DNA of 64,000 nucleotides from Minisyncoccota bacterium (GTDB lineage: Bacteria > Patescibacteriota > Minisyncoccia > Phycocordibacterales > VMEP01): the NCBI GenBank assembly GCA_041661305.1, contig JBAZUR010000001.1, positions 33,591-97,590 of the forward strand, written 5' to 3'. The notes under the pieces were generated by a model that searched no databases, had not been told where the DNA came from, and saw only the letters and a program-made list of their open reading frames with translations. This document shows, piece after piece, positions 1 to 10,678 of the stretch (position 1 is the first letter of the stretch; every line of letters starts with the position of its first letter). The position numbers and the translations under genes are program-made.

Positions 1-765
1 CGGACTAAATATTCTCCCCAATTTATTTCTGGGGCAATTTTGTTGAGTTGTGGCAAGGTTTTTTTATTGTAGATTTTTTCGACTTCGTGAATATCCTCTT
101 TTGTCATTGAGTGTTTTGCGAGACGGTGTTCAATTTTGTAAACTATCTCGGACATTTCGCCGTGAATTTGTTTTTTAGCGCCGGATAATTTAAAGATTGC
201 CGATATGTGGGGACGGTAAGCATCGCGGACACGCAACGACTCCTTGTCGTTTTTAAGATAGTAATCTCGATCCGGCATACCCAATCCTCCTTGATAAAAA
301 TAAAGAATGTTCTTATTACTATCCTTCATGTCTTGGTCTACGTCGCAACCCCACAGAACGTTGATGCCAATAACGTGAAATTCTGTGATACAAGAAAGGA
401 GATCGTCAGTATTTTTAATATCGTCAATCAGATTTAAGTAATTGGCGATTGGTTTAATGCCGAGGCGTGTACGCTCTTTTGTGTTTATCCCAGAACGATA
501 GAGGTCTCGAATCATTTGCTCAGGTGTATTTGCCGAAAAATGCTGTTTACTGTCTAGTTTTTTAAGAAGAAGTTTAAGCTTTTTTTCAGTTTCGTATCGT
601 AGGATAGTGAAAGAGCCCCAGCGTGATTCTGTTGCTGGGATTGGATTTTTCTTGAGCCAACCACCACCCGCGTAGTGATAGAAATCGTCTTGTGGGCGCA
701 CGTTTCTGTCCATGTCTCGCACATCAAATCCCCAGTTTTTATTGGTCATTTGCGAATAGTACATG
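1..765 (-). CDS. M13 family metallopeptidase (PepO/neprilysin-like), N-terminal part; CDS continues beyond window start
   Basis: Reverse-strand translation from ATG at 763-765 gives MYYSQMTNKNWGFDVRDMDRNVRPQDDFYHYAGGGWLKKNPIPATESRWGSF..., typical peptidase M13 N-terminal domain. No stop before position 1. Confidence 0.6.
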
Positions 766-817
766 AATTTTTTATCTCATGCTATATTTTCATTCTAGTT
801 TAATTGCTCAGAAATTC

Positions 818-1672
818 ATGAAAAAATCCCTAAAAAATTCAAAAAAAAATATTTTTCTGTTTTATCGAGAAGAGAACGAGAGGGCTGTTAATTGTGCAAA
901 AAAGATTAAAAAATGGCTTGATTCTAAAAATATTTCTACAACAGAGGAAATTCTTAACGCCGAGGCAATCATCGTTCTTGGTGGCGATGGGACAATCTTA
1001 GAGGCGGCGCGAATGGTAAAACGAAAAAATGCAATTATTATCGGTCTTAATCTTGGCAATGTTGGTTTCTTGGCCTCGGTTCGTGAAGAGAAATATTTTT
1101 TTACCGCACTGGAAAAGTTTTTCAATGGAGATTACAAGGCTGTTAAGAGAACAACGCTTTTAACGGAAGTCATAAGAAACGGGGAAAAGGTGTTTTCGGC
1201 GTCTGCTGTAAATGAAGTGTTGGTGCACAATTTGCTCGGGGTTGTAGAGCTCGAAGTCGGAATCGGTGGTTACGGAATACAGTCGGTTAGAGGAAGTGGT
1301 ATTTTGGTTTCGACGGCTACAGGTTCGACTGCCTACAACCTCTCTGCTCATGGCCCGATCATTTCTCCAGATATTCAATGTCTCGTTATTACTGAATTGT
1401 TGGATCATGGCTTACCAACGCCTAGTATTGTTATAAAGCCAGAACATAGTGTAGAGATTGTTGTAGGTGAGTTTAGAGAGCATCATCTTTTGGCGAGCCA
1501 GAACGGACGGGAGTCAATTGACGTTTTACTACAAGCCGATGGCGATACGACGTTCCCATTGAGGAAAAAAGATAAGATTATTATTTCTGGTTCACCACAG
1601 TTGGTAACTTTTGCGGAGCTAGAGGATAATTATTTTTTCAAAAGTCTTCGGGAGAAATTTTCATTTAGATAA
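818..1672 (+). CDS. nadK: NAD(+) kinase
   Basis: GGDGTILEAAR and NLGNVGFL motifs of the NAD kinase family. Start chosen at internal ATG 818 (MKKSLKN...); ORF opens at 779. Confidence 0.85.
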   Translation: MKKSLKNSKKNIFLFYREENERAVNCAKKIKKWLDSKNISTTEEILNAEAIIVLGGDGTILEAARMVKRKNAIIIGLNLGNVGFLASVREEKYFFTALEKFFNGDYKAVKRTTLLTEVIRNGEKVFSASAVNEVLVHNLLGVVELEVGIGGYGIQSVRGSGILVSTATGSTAYNLSAHGPIISPDIQCLVITELLDHGLPTPSIVIKPEHSVEIVVGEFREHHLLASQNGRESIDVLLQADGDTTFPLRKKDKIIISGSPQLVTFAELEDNYFFKSLREKFSFR

Positions 1673-1742
1673 TTTTAGCAAGATTTGTTCTGGGTAAATA
1701 GTTTTTTGGTGGTGATATAATGAGTTCATCTTAATTAATAAA

Positions 1743-2966
1743 ATGAAAGGAAAAATCACAAACACAATTATTAAGGGTACCCTCGTGGCTTTTGTTGTGC
1801 TTCTGCCCTTTATTGGTTATGGGGCAACAACCACGACAACTAAACCGAGTATAAAAATAGCACCACCACTTAAAAGTACACTTGAGGTTTCCGGTTGGAT
1901 TCCATACTGGAGAAAGGCGACTGGGACCGCGGATGCTTTGGTTCACCTCGATACTTTTACAGAGTTAAATCCATTTGGATATACAATCAAAAATGACGGC
2001 ACCTTAAACGATACAGCCAAGATGGACGAAGAGCCTTGGCTTACCTTAATAAAAGAAGCGAAGAAGAAAAAAGTTCGTATTATTCCAACTGTTATGACAA
2101 GCAACGGAGAGATGTTGCATCGTATTTTGTCTAATCAAAAAACTAGAATTGCCCTAGAGGATGAAATTGCCGCCCTAGTTAAAGAAAAAGGTTTTGATGG
2201 TATTGATATTGATTTTGAGGGTAAGAAAGCAGAAACAAAACCATATTTTTCTACTTTCTTAAAAGGGCTTTATCAGCGTATGGGAAACAAGTGGGTGATG
2301 TGTACTATTGAAGCACGTACACCGCTTGATTCTAGGTACGACAATATTCCGAAGGATATTAGATATGCGAATGATTTTGTGGCGATAAATAAATATTGTG
2401 ACCGCGTGCGCTTTATGACATATGACCAAGGGACAATAGATATTGTTTTAAATCGTGCCCGCACAGCACCATATATACCAGTGGCAGATCCTGCTTGGGT
2501 AGAAAAATCAATAAGGCTTGCGATGAAAGATATTTCTAAACGGAAAATATCAATAGGCATTGCTACTTATGGTTATGAATATAAGGTGACAAAGTTATCA
2601 GAATACGGATATCGTTATGATTTACAGTGGGCATTTAACCCCAGGTACGCAACCGACCTTGCTCTCTCTCTTAATATAACTCCCCAACGAAATTCTTCCG
2701 GCGAAATAGGTTTTATGTATACTCCGGTAGAAACAGTACCTCCTACACAACCAAGTAATAACCCAGATCAGAATATAAAAACCTCAACAGTCGCTGAAAA
2801 CTTATCAACAAGCAATGTTTCAAATTTTACAAATATTGTGTGGTGGAGCGATGCAAAAGCAATTAAAGATAAAGTCGATCTTGCGAAAAAACTTGGTGTG
2901 CGTGGAGTCTCGATATTTAAGATTGATGGTGGAGAAGACCCAGCTATGTGGGATGTGCTGAAATAA
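1743..2966 (+). CDS. Glycoside hydrolase family 18 (chitinase-like) protein with N-terminal TM/signal
   Basis: FDGIDIDFEG matches the GH18 catalytic DGxDxDxE motif. Hydrophobic N-terminus and Thr-rich linker. Confidence 0.7.
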   Translation: MKGKITNTIIKGTLVAFVVLLPFIGYGATTTTTKPSIKIAPPLKSTLEVSGWIPYWRKATGTADALVHLDTFTELNPFGYTIKNDGTLNDTAKMDEEPWLTLIKEAKKKKVRIIPTVMTSNGEMLHRILSNQKTRIALEDEIAALVKEKGFDGIDIDFEGKKAETKPYFSTFLKGLYQRMGNKWVMCTIEARTPLDSRYDNIPKDIRYANDFVAINKYCDRVRFMTYDQGTIDIVLNRARTAPYIPVADPAWVEKSIRLAMKDISKRKISIGIATYGYEYKVTKLSEYGYRYDLQWAFNPRYATDLALSLNITPQRNSSGEIGFMYTPVETVPPTQPSNNPDQNIKTSTVAENLSTSNVSNFTNIVWWSDAKAIKDKVDLAKKLGVRGVSIFKIDGGEDPAMWDVLK

Positions 2967-2990
2967 AGACTCCTATATAATAGGCAGAAT

Positions 2991-3773
2991 ATGACTTTAA
3001 AACCCAAAAAAACATCATGGGGCGAGGTTGCTGACTGGTATCGAGAGCATCTTTCCGATGAAAATACTTATCACGAGAAAGTTATTTCCCCAAATATACT
3101 CCGACTTCTTGCTTTAAACAGCGGTGAAAAAGTTCTTGATGTTGCCTGCGGTGAGGGATATTTTTCAAGATTGTTTTTGAAAAATGGGGCGAAGGTTGTT
3201 GGCGCCGATATCGCCCGTGAGCTTATAGAAAAAGCAAAAAAACAGTCACCAGAAATTTCTTTTTTTATAGCGCCTGCCGGGAAAATGGAGTTTGCTGTGG
3301 CTTCGTCGTTTGATAAAGCAGTTTGCGTTCTTGCTCTGCAGAACATTGAGCATTTGGATGAAGCTCTTAAAGAAGTGGCGCGCGTTCTTAAGTCAGGCGG
3401 TAAATTTGTATTTGTTTTGAATCATCCGTGTTTTCGTATACCAAAGCGCTCTGAGTGGGGTTATGACGGACAAAAGAAAATACAATTTCGTCGACTAGAC
3501 GGCTATCTTAAGGAAGCGCGCATTAAAATTGACATGCACCCAGGAGAAACTGCCGCCGGAAAAAAATCAGCGGTGACGTACTCGTTTCACCGCCCACTTC
3601 AAGTTTATATGAAGGCGCTTTCAAAAAATGGATTTGTTGTTACTCAGATGGAGGAATGGGTATCTCATAGAAAAAGTGAAAAAGGTCCTAAAAGTGAAGC
3701 AGAAGATGAAGCTAGAAAAGAGTTTCCTCTTTTTCTCGCGGTTTCCGCGCAGAAATTACGCCAATCTTTATAA
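2991..3773 (+). CDS. Class I SAM-dependent methyltransferase
   Basis: VLDVACGEGYFSR glycine-rich motif I and Rossmann-type MTase layout. Confidence 0.8.
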   Translation: MTLKPKKTSWGEVADWYREHLSDENTYHEKVISPNILRLLALNSGEKVLDVACGEGYFSRLFLKNGAKVVGADIARELIEKAKKQSPEISFFIAPAGKMEFAVASSFDKAVCVLALQNIEHLDEALKEVARVLKSGGKFVFVLNHPCFRIPKRSEWGYDGQKKIQFRRLDGYLKEARIKIDMHPGETAAGKKSAVTYSFHRPLQVYMKALSKNGFVVTQMEEWVSHRKSEKGPKSEAEDEARKEFPLFLAVSAQKLRQSL

Positions 3774-3920
3774 ATTGTTGTAACGCAAATAATTCGATGA
3801 TAGTTTTTATTGAATAATAATTTTTAAAAAGTGGAAAAGTGGTTCGCAAAAATATTCACGAGGGTATAGTATTTAAATATAAGACGGCTACAGTCGCGTG
3901 GCGTCTTCAATATTATATAT

Positions 3921-4427
3921 TTGCTTAAAATTATGGAACTAACAAACAAGAAGAATATTATCATCGGTGTAGTTATTGTCGTTGCAGTTGGTTATTATTT
4001 ATTTCAAAGTCAAAAGGTAGTGGCCCCTGTGCAGAACGAAATACAATCAGGTGTTTCAACCAGTACGAATGAAACTGCTGGTAAAACAGGAACAACTAAA
4101 TCGGCTGTGACAAGCACAACAAAAACAGGGACTACCTTACCAGCCATGACAAAAGAGGGATATTATTTGATTAGTTATACGGATAAGGGCTTTGTTCCAA
4201 AAACTCTTGAAATTAAAGCTGGTAAGTCAGTTCGCTTTGTTAATAATGCAAGCAAGGCAATGAGAATTTTTGCTGATGACAAGACAAGCTCTCTTTATGG
4301 TGAAATGAATCAAAGCAAGACCGTTGGTCGTGGAGGAATCTATGATTTTACTTTTGTTTCTGCTGGCACATGGGCTTATCACAATGAGAATAATCCAGTT
4401 GATAAAGGGGTAGTGATCGTAAAATAG
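3921..4427 (+). CDS. Hypothetical membrane-anchored protein (possible cupredoxin-like beta domain)
   Basis: N-terminal TM, Thr/Ser-rich linker and C-terminal beta-rich segment (LEIKAGKSVRFVNN...WAYHNENNP). No clear metal ligand set. Confidence 0.45.
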   Translation: MLKIMELTNKKNIIIGVVIVVAVGYYLFQSQKVVAPVQNEIQSGVSTSTNETAGKTGTTKSAVTSTTKTGTTLPAMTKEGYYLISYTDKGFVPKTLEIKAGKSVRFVNNASKAMRIFADDKTSSLYGEMNQSKTVGRGGIYDFTFVSAGTWAYHNENNPVDKGVVIVK

Positions 4428-4453
4428 TTTTAGAAATAATAAACTCTTAAAAT

Positions 4454-4951
4454 ATGACCAAAGAAAAGGCGTGGGAACATTTACCGAGAATATTGTCGCT
4501 TGTCTTATTGATAGGGACTTTATTCGCATGGGTTACCGTGTTTACTGATTTCCAGAAATTTTACGGATACGAAGGAACTATATTCAAACTAGATAATTGC
4601 GTAATACCAAACCCAGTAGCAACTCCTTGTTTTTACGGAGCATTTGCGTTTATAGGAGCTTTTATTTGGTCACTTCGTATGGCCAAGATGAGCGAAGAAG
4701 AGAAAAGAAAGCATGAGAAATTCATGTCTTGGTTTTTATCTCTAGCAACTATTTTTGCATGGAGTAACTTTCTTCCAGATGCATTTAATTTTTACGCTAG
4801 TTCTGGTGGGCCAGTTCGTGGGTGTTCAGGACAGTTGATTACTAACCCATTTATAACGCCTTGTTTTATTGGCTCGGCGATTTTTTTGGTTGCTCTAATG
4901 ATTGGTCTTTTAATTTATTTTAAAAACAAAGAATCTATTTCGTCTTTGTAG
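4454..4951 (+). CDS. Integral membrane protein with internal 2x2-TM duplication and conserved Pro-Cys motifs
   Basis: Four predicted TM helices. Repeated motif NPVATPCFYGAFAF / NPFITPCFIGSAIF. Confidence 0.5.
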   Translation: MTKEKAWEHLPRILSLVLLIGTLFAWVTVFTDFQKFYGYEGTIFKLDNCVIPNPVATPCFYGAFAFIGAFIWSLRMAKMSEEEKRKHEKFMSWFLSLATIFAWSNFLPDAFNFYASSGGPVRGCSGQLITNPFITPCFIGSAIFLVALMIGLLIYFKNKESISSL

Positions 4952-5128
4952 GAATTAAAAAAGTATTAATAGGGAAATAAGAGGCTATTTTGCGTGCTTT
5001 GATTTTATTCGTCTGTTACAATAGCGCGAATGAATCCCGTTCGAAATTACGATGTTATGTTTTATTAACGAGGATAATTATTGGGAAAATTATTAATATA
5101 GATATTATTACTAAACGGGTATACAGAA

Positions 5129-5947
5129 GTGCCAGCACTTCTTATTTCTAACGGGATGAACGGCGAGCTTATTTCTTTTCAGAATCACAAAAGAGAAACT
5201 TTGCGTGGAATTTTTGAGCGGGCACCATCGAGTACTGGTGTGATTTTTGCTCATGGATTTGGAAGAACCTCGATGGAGCCAAAGTTTAAGAATATAACCA
5301 ACAAACTAGAAGGTAAGGTAAATCTATTTCGTTTTGATTTTTCTGGTTGCGGTTTGTCAGACGGGTCGTTCGAAGATATTACGGCGGACAAACTTTCAAA
5401 AGAGCTAGGAGCTGCTGTTTTAGCCTTTCGTGAGCGAGTGCCTCGTCTTAAAAGTATTCGGATAGTTTCCCATAGCTTTGCTTGTACCGCGACTATTATT
5501 TTATGCGCGAGAGAAAAAGATGTTTTTGATAGGGTTGTTTTTCTTGGGCCGGCTCTTAATATGGGTGAAATTTTAAAATATTCTTTTGTGAAGAGGCGTT
5601 ATCCTGGAGGAAAAATTTCTTGGGCAAATTACAAAAAGTTTTTTGACCAACGCGCTTTTAGTCGGGAAATGAAAAAAGATAGAATGATGACCTATTCTCA
5701 CGTTATTTCCAATCTTCACTACCTTGAAAATAAAGATAGAGATTATCGCGAATTGATGGGGATAATTCCTAAAGAAAAATTACTTATTGTGCAAGGTGAT
5801 AGCGATAGATCAATTCCACTCGAAAGTCAGGGTAATTCCCTAAAAAATTTTAAGACAATTTTAGTTAAAGGGGGAGATCACGATTTGGAAAGACCAGACA
5901 TTGTCGCAAAATATTTACCACAAACAGTCTCGTTTCTTCTTTCTTAA
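5129..5947 (+). CDS. Alpha/beta hydrolase fold protein
   Basis: VSHSFACTA nucleophile-elbow-like motif and hydrolase-like layout with C-terminal GDSD / GGDHD acid/His region. Confidence 0.65.
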   Translation: MPALLISNGMNGELISFQNHKRETLRGIFERAPSSTGVIFAHGFGRTSMEPKFKNITNKLEGKVNLFRFDFSGCGLSDGSFEDITADKLSKELGAAVLAFRERVPRLKSIRIVSHSFACTATIILCAREKDVFDRVVFLGPALNMGEILKYSFVKRRYPGGKISWANYKKFFDQRAFSREMKKDRMMTYSHVISNLHYLENKDRDYRELMGIIPKEKLLIVQGDSDRSIPLESQGNSLKNFKTILVKGGDHDLERPDIVAKYLPQTVSFLLS

Positions 5948-6006
5948 TATTTAGTGTGAAAAAATTCCAGCTATTTAAATTTTAAAGATTTGTGTTATAG
6001 TATTTT

Positions 6007-6371
6007 GGCCTTGAACCGGACAGTCGCTCTAACTTTATTGTTGGGGAGGAAAGTCCGAACACTTACTGTCTAACCGTTCGGCGACAGTAGAAGGGTAGCG
6101 GGTAACGCCCGTCCGGAGCAATCCGAGAGGTGCGAGCAGTGACGTCGATGCCGAAAGGCTAGACCTCCCACGTGGAGGAATCCTATAGAAATATAGGGGT
6201 GAAACGGCTAAATCCTTACTTAAGTGCAAGGCCGTGCCATCTTTATGATGGAGTGCCGCTTGAGCCCGTAAGTAATTACGAGCCCAGATAAATGGCTGTC
6301 GCCCCGTGAGATAGGCGTCGAAAGACGCCGCCATCTCACGGGGTACAGAATTCGGCTTATAGGTTCAGGGT
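6007..6371 (+). ncRNA. rnpB: RNase P RNA (bacterial type)
   Basis: ACCGGACAGTCGC near the 5' end, GGGGAGGAAAGTCCGAACAC (P4 GGAAAGUCCG box) and 3' ACAGAATTCGGCTTATAGG (ACAGAAxCCGGCUUA box). P1 pairing ccttgaacc/ggttcaggg. Confidence 0.8.
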
Positions 6372-6376
6372 AAACA

Positions 6377-6406
6377 AAAAAGACCATATTTTATGGTCTT
6401 TTTTGT
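6377..6406 (+). terminator. Rho-independent terminator after rnpB
   Basis: Hairpin aagaccata-ttt-tatggtctt followed by TTTTTTGTT. Confidence 0.7.
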
Positions 6407-6504
6407 TGTCCACTTTTTAACACACAATTAAGATTGTGTGTTATTCCAAATTTCTTATATAATATTGAACACTTAATTAATAAATTTAAATAACTTTCAT
6501 TTTC

Positions 6505-8865
6505 ATGCAAGGAATAAAAAAATTGTTTTCATTGGAGGCATTACCGTTTGGATTATTGGTTGGTTTAGTTTTCTTATTACCAGTTTTTTTCTTGTCTGTA
6601 AGTGGGATTTCTCTTGATGTAAGTAAGAGTGTCCTCGCAGTTATCTTAATTGTTGCCGCGACAGCCTTGTGGCTAGTGGGGCGTATGGTGGATGGCAAGA
6701 TTGTTGTACCAAAAACACTTCTTGTTTTGTTCGCAGCATTACTTCCACTTGAATATTTAGTTTCAGCTGTTGCTTCAAAAGTTCCAGCGATGTCACTTTT
6801 TGGTCAAGGTTTTGAAGTCGGAACATTTGCATTCACTTTTGTGATGTTCCTTCTTTTGTTCTTGGCTTCTATTTTGGTTAATTCAAGAGACAAAGTGTTC
6901 ACAGTTTACGTGTCGGCAATGGCTTCTTTCTTGGTAGTAGCTATTTACCAAGGAATTCGTCTTTTTGCAGGAGCAGATGTCCTTACTTTAGGAGGAAACT
7001 TCTCTGGTGTAATCGCCAATACTGTTGGTAAATGGAACGATTTAGGGGCATTTTTTGGGATGATAGCTATTCTTTCCATGATAACCCTTGAAACATTACC
7101 TCTTAAGGGTTTTGTTAAGTACCTCACTTATTTGTCTCTTGCTGTCTCAGTATTTTTCTTGGCCGTTGTTAACTTCAGTTTTGCCTGGATTGCTCTCGCT
7201 GTAATCTCTCTTATGATTTTTGTTTTTGCGATTTACTTAAACAAAAGCGAAAACCCAACAAATGATCAAGAAGCTCCTTCTTTGATACCAAAGACAAAGG
7301 TTCCAGTAATTGCACTTGTTGTACTTCTAATTTCACTCTTTTATGTTTTTTCCGGAGATAAAATTGGTGGTTTCTTGCCAACACAGTTCAATGCTTCACA
7401 AGTAGAGGTTCGTCCATCCTGGAGTGCTACATATGACATCGTGAAGGGTTCTCTTTCTCAGAATCTTCTACTAGGAAGTGGTCCTAACCGTTTTTCATCA
7501 GAGTGGGCATTGCACCGACCAGCAGTTTTGAATGAAACAATTTTCTGGGCAACTGACTTTAACGCCGGGATTGGTTTGATTCCATCGTTCGCTGTCACAA
7601 CTGGACTTTTTGGTGTTTTGGCTTGGGTTTTATTCCTTGGATATTTCCTCTTCCGTGGGGTCAAGAGCATTCTCATGTTTGATATGGGACGTATGGCTCA
7701 GTATTCAATACTCTCGTCTTTCCTTTTGTCTGTGTATTTATGGCTCTTCGCAATGTTCTACGTTCCTAATGTTGTGATCTATGCCTTGGCATTCCTTATG
7801 ACAGGAGTTTTCATTGCCACCTTAATAAACGAGGGGATTGTTAAAACTTACCAAATCTCACTCCTTGGAAGTCCTAAAATTGGTTTTGTTTCTGTGCTTG
7901 CTTTAATTTCTCTAACGATTGCTTCGGCTGCACTTGGTTATGTTTTTGTTGAGAAAGCAATATCATCTATTAATTTCCAGAAGACTATTCAGGCTTTGAA
8001 TACTGATGGAGATTTTGACAAGGCTGAAGTTGGCTTGCTTAAAGCAGTTCAGTTTTCAGAGAACGATCTTTACTACAGATCACTTTCTCAGGTTTATTTG
8101 GTTAAGTTGAATAATTTATTCCAACAGCAAAACCTTACTGAAGCAGAGGCAAAATCACAATTTCAAGCTATTCTTGGAAATGCTATAGAAAATGCTCGTA
8201 AGGCTCGCGATTATGACGCAACAAACTACACGAACTGGATGAATCTAGCATCAGTTTACGAGTCTGTTGTTCAGCTCGGTGTTACTGGTGCTTACGACGA
8301 AGCAAAGAAAGCTTACGAGCAGGCTTCTGTTTTAAACCCACAAAGTCCGCTTGTATACCTCACACTTGCTCGTCTTGAGGTTGCAAACAAAGACAACAAG
8401 GCCGCTCGAGAAAACCTTAACAAAGCACTCGCTCTAAAGAGCAATTACACAGATGCGCTCTTCTTCCTTTCTCAGCTTGAAGCAGGAGAGGGAAATATAG
8501 CAGAAGCGATTTCAAGAGCAGATCAAGCTTCGTTATTGTCACCAAATGATGTCGGTTTGTTCTTCCAGTTGGGTTTGTTGAAATACACCAACAAAGACTA
8601 CAATGGTGCAATTCTTTCTTTGGAGCGCGCAGTACAGCTTAATGGGAATTATTCAAACGCAATGTACTTCCTTGGCTTAAGTTACGACAAGGTTGGAAGA
8701 AAGGCTGATGCTCTTGCTCAGTTTGAAAAAGTTGAAGCACTAAATCCAGACAACCAAGAGGTTAAGAACATTCTTGTTAACCTTAGAGATGGAAAGAGTG
8801 CGTTAACTGATGTTCCTCCACCATCCCCAGAAAAGAAGAGTAATCCTCCAGTAAAAGAAAATTAA
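6505..8865 (+). CDS. Polytopic membrane protein with C-terminal TPR repeats (O-antigen ligase/Wzy-like family)
   Basis: About 12 hydrophobic helices in the N-terminal ~470 aa. C-terminal ~300 aa has repeated TPR-like units (AYEQASVLNPQS, ALALKSNYTDALFFL, AVQLNGNYSNAMYFLG...). Confidence 0.6.
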   Translation: MQGIKKLFSLEALPFGLLVGLVFLLPVFFLSVSGISLDVSKSVLAVILIVAATALWLVGRMVDGKIVVPKTLLVLFAALLPLEYLVSAVASKVPAMSLFGQGFEVGTFAFTFVMFLLLFLASILVNSRDKVFTVYVSAMASFLVVAIYQGIRLFAGADVLTLGGNFSGVIANTVGKWNDLGAFFGMIAILSMITLETLPLKGFVKYLTYLSLAVSVFFLAVVNFSFAWIALAVISLMIFVFAIYLNKSENPTNDQEAPSLIPKTKVPVIALVVLLISLFYVFSGDKIGGFLPTQFNASQVEVRPSWSATYDIVKGSLSQNLLLGSGPNRFSSEWALHRPAVLNETIFWATDFNAGIGLIPSFAVTTGLFGVLAWVLFLGYFLFRGVKSILMFDMGRMAQYSILSSFLLSVYLWLFAMFYVPNVVIYALAFLMTGVFIATLINEGIVKTYQISLLGSPKIGFVSVLALISLTIASAALGYVFVEKAISSINFQKTIQALNTDGDFDKAEVGLLKAVQFSENDLYYRSLSQVYLVKLNNLFQQQNLTEAEAKSQFQAILGNAIENARKARDYDATNYTNWMNLASVYESVVQLGVTGAYDEAKKAYEQASVLNPQSPLVYLTLARLEVANKDNKAARENLNKALALKSNYTDALFFLSQLEAGEGNIAEAISRADQASLLSPNDVGLFFQLGLLKYTNKDYNGAILSLERAVQLNGNYSNAMYFLGLSYDKVGRKADALAQFEKVEALNPDNQEVKNILVNLRDGKSALTDVPPPSPEKKSNPPVKEN

Positions 8866-8889
8866 TATCAGGTAATGATTCTTGTTTAA

Positions 8890-10569
8890 ATGGTTAAAAG
8901 AATCATAGACGCATTAAGTAAAGAAGTAAGCGGTCTACACGAGGCCGCTTTTCTTCTTGGGTTCTTTGCTGTGGCGTCACAAATCCTGGCTCTTTTGAGA
9001 GACCGTTTGTTCGCGAATTATTTTGGAGCAGGACCAACACTAGATGTTTATTACGCGGCATTCCGCATTCCAGATGCGTTGTATGTAGTTATTGCTTCGT
9101 TCGTGTCTGTGTCGGTCATCATTCCATTTCTTTCTCGGATGGAAGGGGACGAAACAAAAGCAAAGAGATTTGTTTCAGAGATATTCACCATTTTTTCTCT
9201 AGTGATGGTGTTTTCTAGTGTTGTTGTTTTTTTCTTAATTCCATACCTAGCGCCACTTATCGCCCCTGGTTTTTCAGAAGAACAAATAAATACACTTATA
9301 GTACTTTCCCGAATCCTGCTTTTGTCACCGTTTATTCTAGGACTTTCAAATAATATTTTTGGAAGTATCACCCAGTTCTACAAGAGGTTTTTTGTTTATG
9401 CTCTTGCTCCGGTTTTGTATAACGCGGGAATAATTGTCGGTGTTTTTCTTTTCTATCCGACATTTGGGATGAAAGGCCTGGCTTTTGGTGTTGTTTTTGG
9501 GGCCCTGCTACATGTTTTGGTTCAATTGCCGGTTGCTATCGAGCGTGGTTTTATGCCTCGTTTTGTTAAAGAAATGAACTGGAAAGACATTTCCCAGGTT
9601 GTTGTTGTTTCTTTGCCACGAACAATAACCCTTTCTGCAAACCATTTTGTTTTGATTGCTTTAGGTGCTTTGGCGTCGACTATGTATGTTGGGTCTATTT
9701 CAATCTTCAATTTCTCGTTTAACTTGCAATCAGTTCCATTGGCAACAATTGGGGTCGCATATTCAATGGCCGCCTTCCCGATGCTTGCGTCGTTTTTTAC
9801 TCGAGGTGAAAAAGAAAGATTTGTAGAGCACATGATAACCGCCTTAAGACACATAATTTTTTGGTCTGTACCAATTACAGTACTTTTTATTGTTTTACGA
9901 GCACAGATAGTGCGTACAATATTAGGCTCCGGTGCTTTTAGTTGGAATGATACCCGCCTTACAGCAGCGGCACTCGCTTTATTTTCCTTTTCGGTGCTAA
10001 CTCAAAGTTTGACAGTTCTTTTTTCAAGAGGGTATCATGCGGCCGGGGATACGAGGAAACCACTTTTTATTAATTTATTTTCCTCGGTCGGTGCTATCGG
10101 TGGAGCATTTTGGTTGGTGGTACTTTTTGAAAAAAATACTTTCTTTCAGTATTTTATAGAATCTATCTTGCGTGTTGATTATATTCCCGGGACGATTGTT
10201 TTGATGCTACCACTCGCTTATTCTATTGCTTCGATAATTAACGCTACGATGCATTGGTTTATGTTCGAAAAAGATTTTAACATTGACCTTTATCACATAA
10301 TAAGAAAAACGTTTTTTGAAAGCTTTTCCGCCTCAGTCATTATGGGTTTTGTCGCCTATAATTGTTTGAATTTTTTTGCTCTAATTTTAAACACCCAAAC
10401 TGCTGTTGGAATTTTTCTCCAAGGATTTTTGTCGGGAGGAATAGGGATTATTTTCGGTATTATTGTTTTAAAAATTTTAAAAAATAGTGAAATTAGAGAT
10501 ATTTCATTTGCGTTACATAAAAAGTTTTGGAAAGCGGATGTTGTTGCCCCGGCACAAGAAGAGCTATAG
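8890..10569 (+). CDS. murJ: Lipid II flippase MurJ (MviN)
   Basis: N-terminus LLGFFAVASQILALLRDRLFANYFGAGPTLDVYYAAFRIPD is the MurJ signature. 14-TM layout. Confidence 0.8.
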   Translation: MVKRIIDALSKEVSGLHEAAFLLGFFAVASQILALLRDRLFANYFGAGPTLDVYYAAFRIPDALYVVIASFVSVSVIIPFLSRMEGDETKAKRFVSEIFTIFSLVMVFSSVVVFFLIPYLAPLIAPGFSEEQINTLIVLSRILLLSPFILGLSNNIFGSITQFYKRFFVYALAPVLYNAGIIVGVFLFYPTFGMKGLAFGVVFGALLHVLVQLPVAIERGFMPRFVKEMNWKDISQVVVVSLPRTITLSANHFVLIALGALASTMYVGSISIFNFSFNLQSVPLATIGVAYSMAAFPMLASFFTRGEKERFVEHMITALRHIIFWSVPITVLFIVLRAQIVRTILGSGAFSWNDTRLTAAALALFSFSVLTQSLTVLFSRGYHAAGDTRKPLFINLFSSVGAIGGAFWLVVLFEKNTFFQYFIESILRVDYIPGTIVLMLPLAYSIASIINATMHWFMFEKDFNIDLYHIIRKTFFESFSASVIMGFVAYNCLNFFALILNTQTAVGIFLQGFLSGGIGIIFGIIVLKILKNSEIRDISFALHKKFWKADVVAPAQEEL

Positions 10570-10678
10570 GTATAGAAAGTTAGCTTTTAGGTAGTTAGCC
10601 TCGTTAGGGGAGAAGAGAAAAACTGTTATTTATATAAGGGGCAGGGTTCAAAATTTATGCTAAAATACGGCTCAATTT

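Noticed and set aside
6035-6334. 99-aa minus-strand ORF
   Set aside because: It lies entirely inside the RNase P RNA gene. The GC-rich structured RNA is what creates the spurious open frame.
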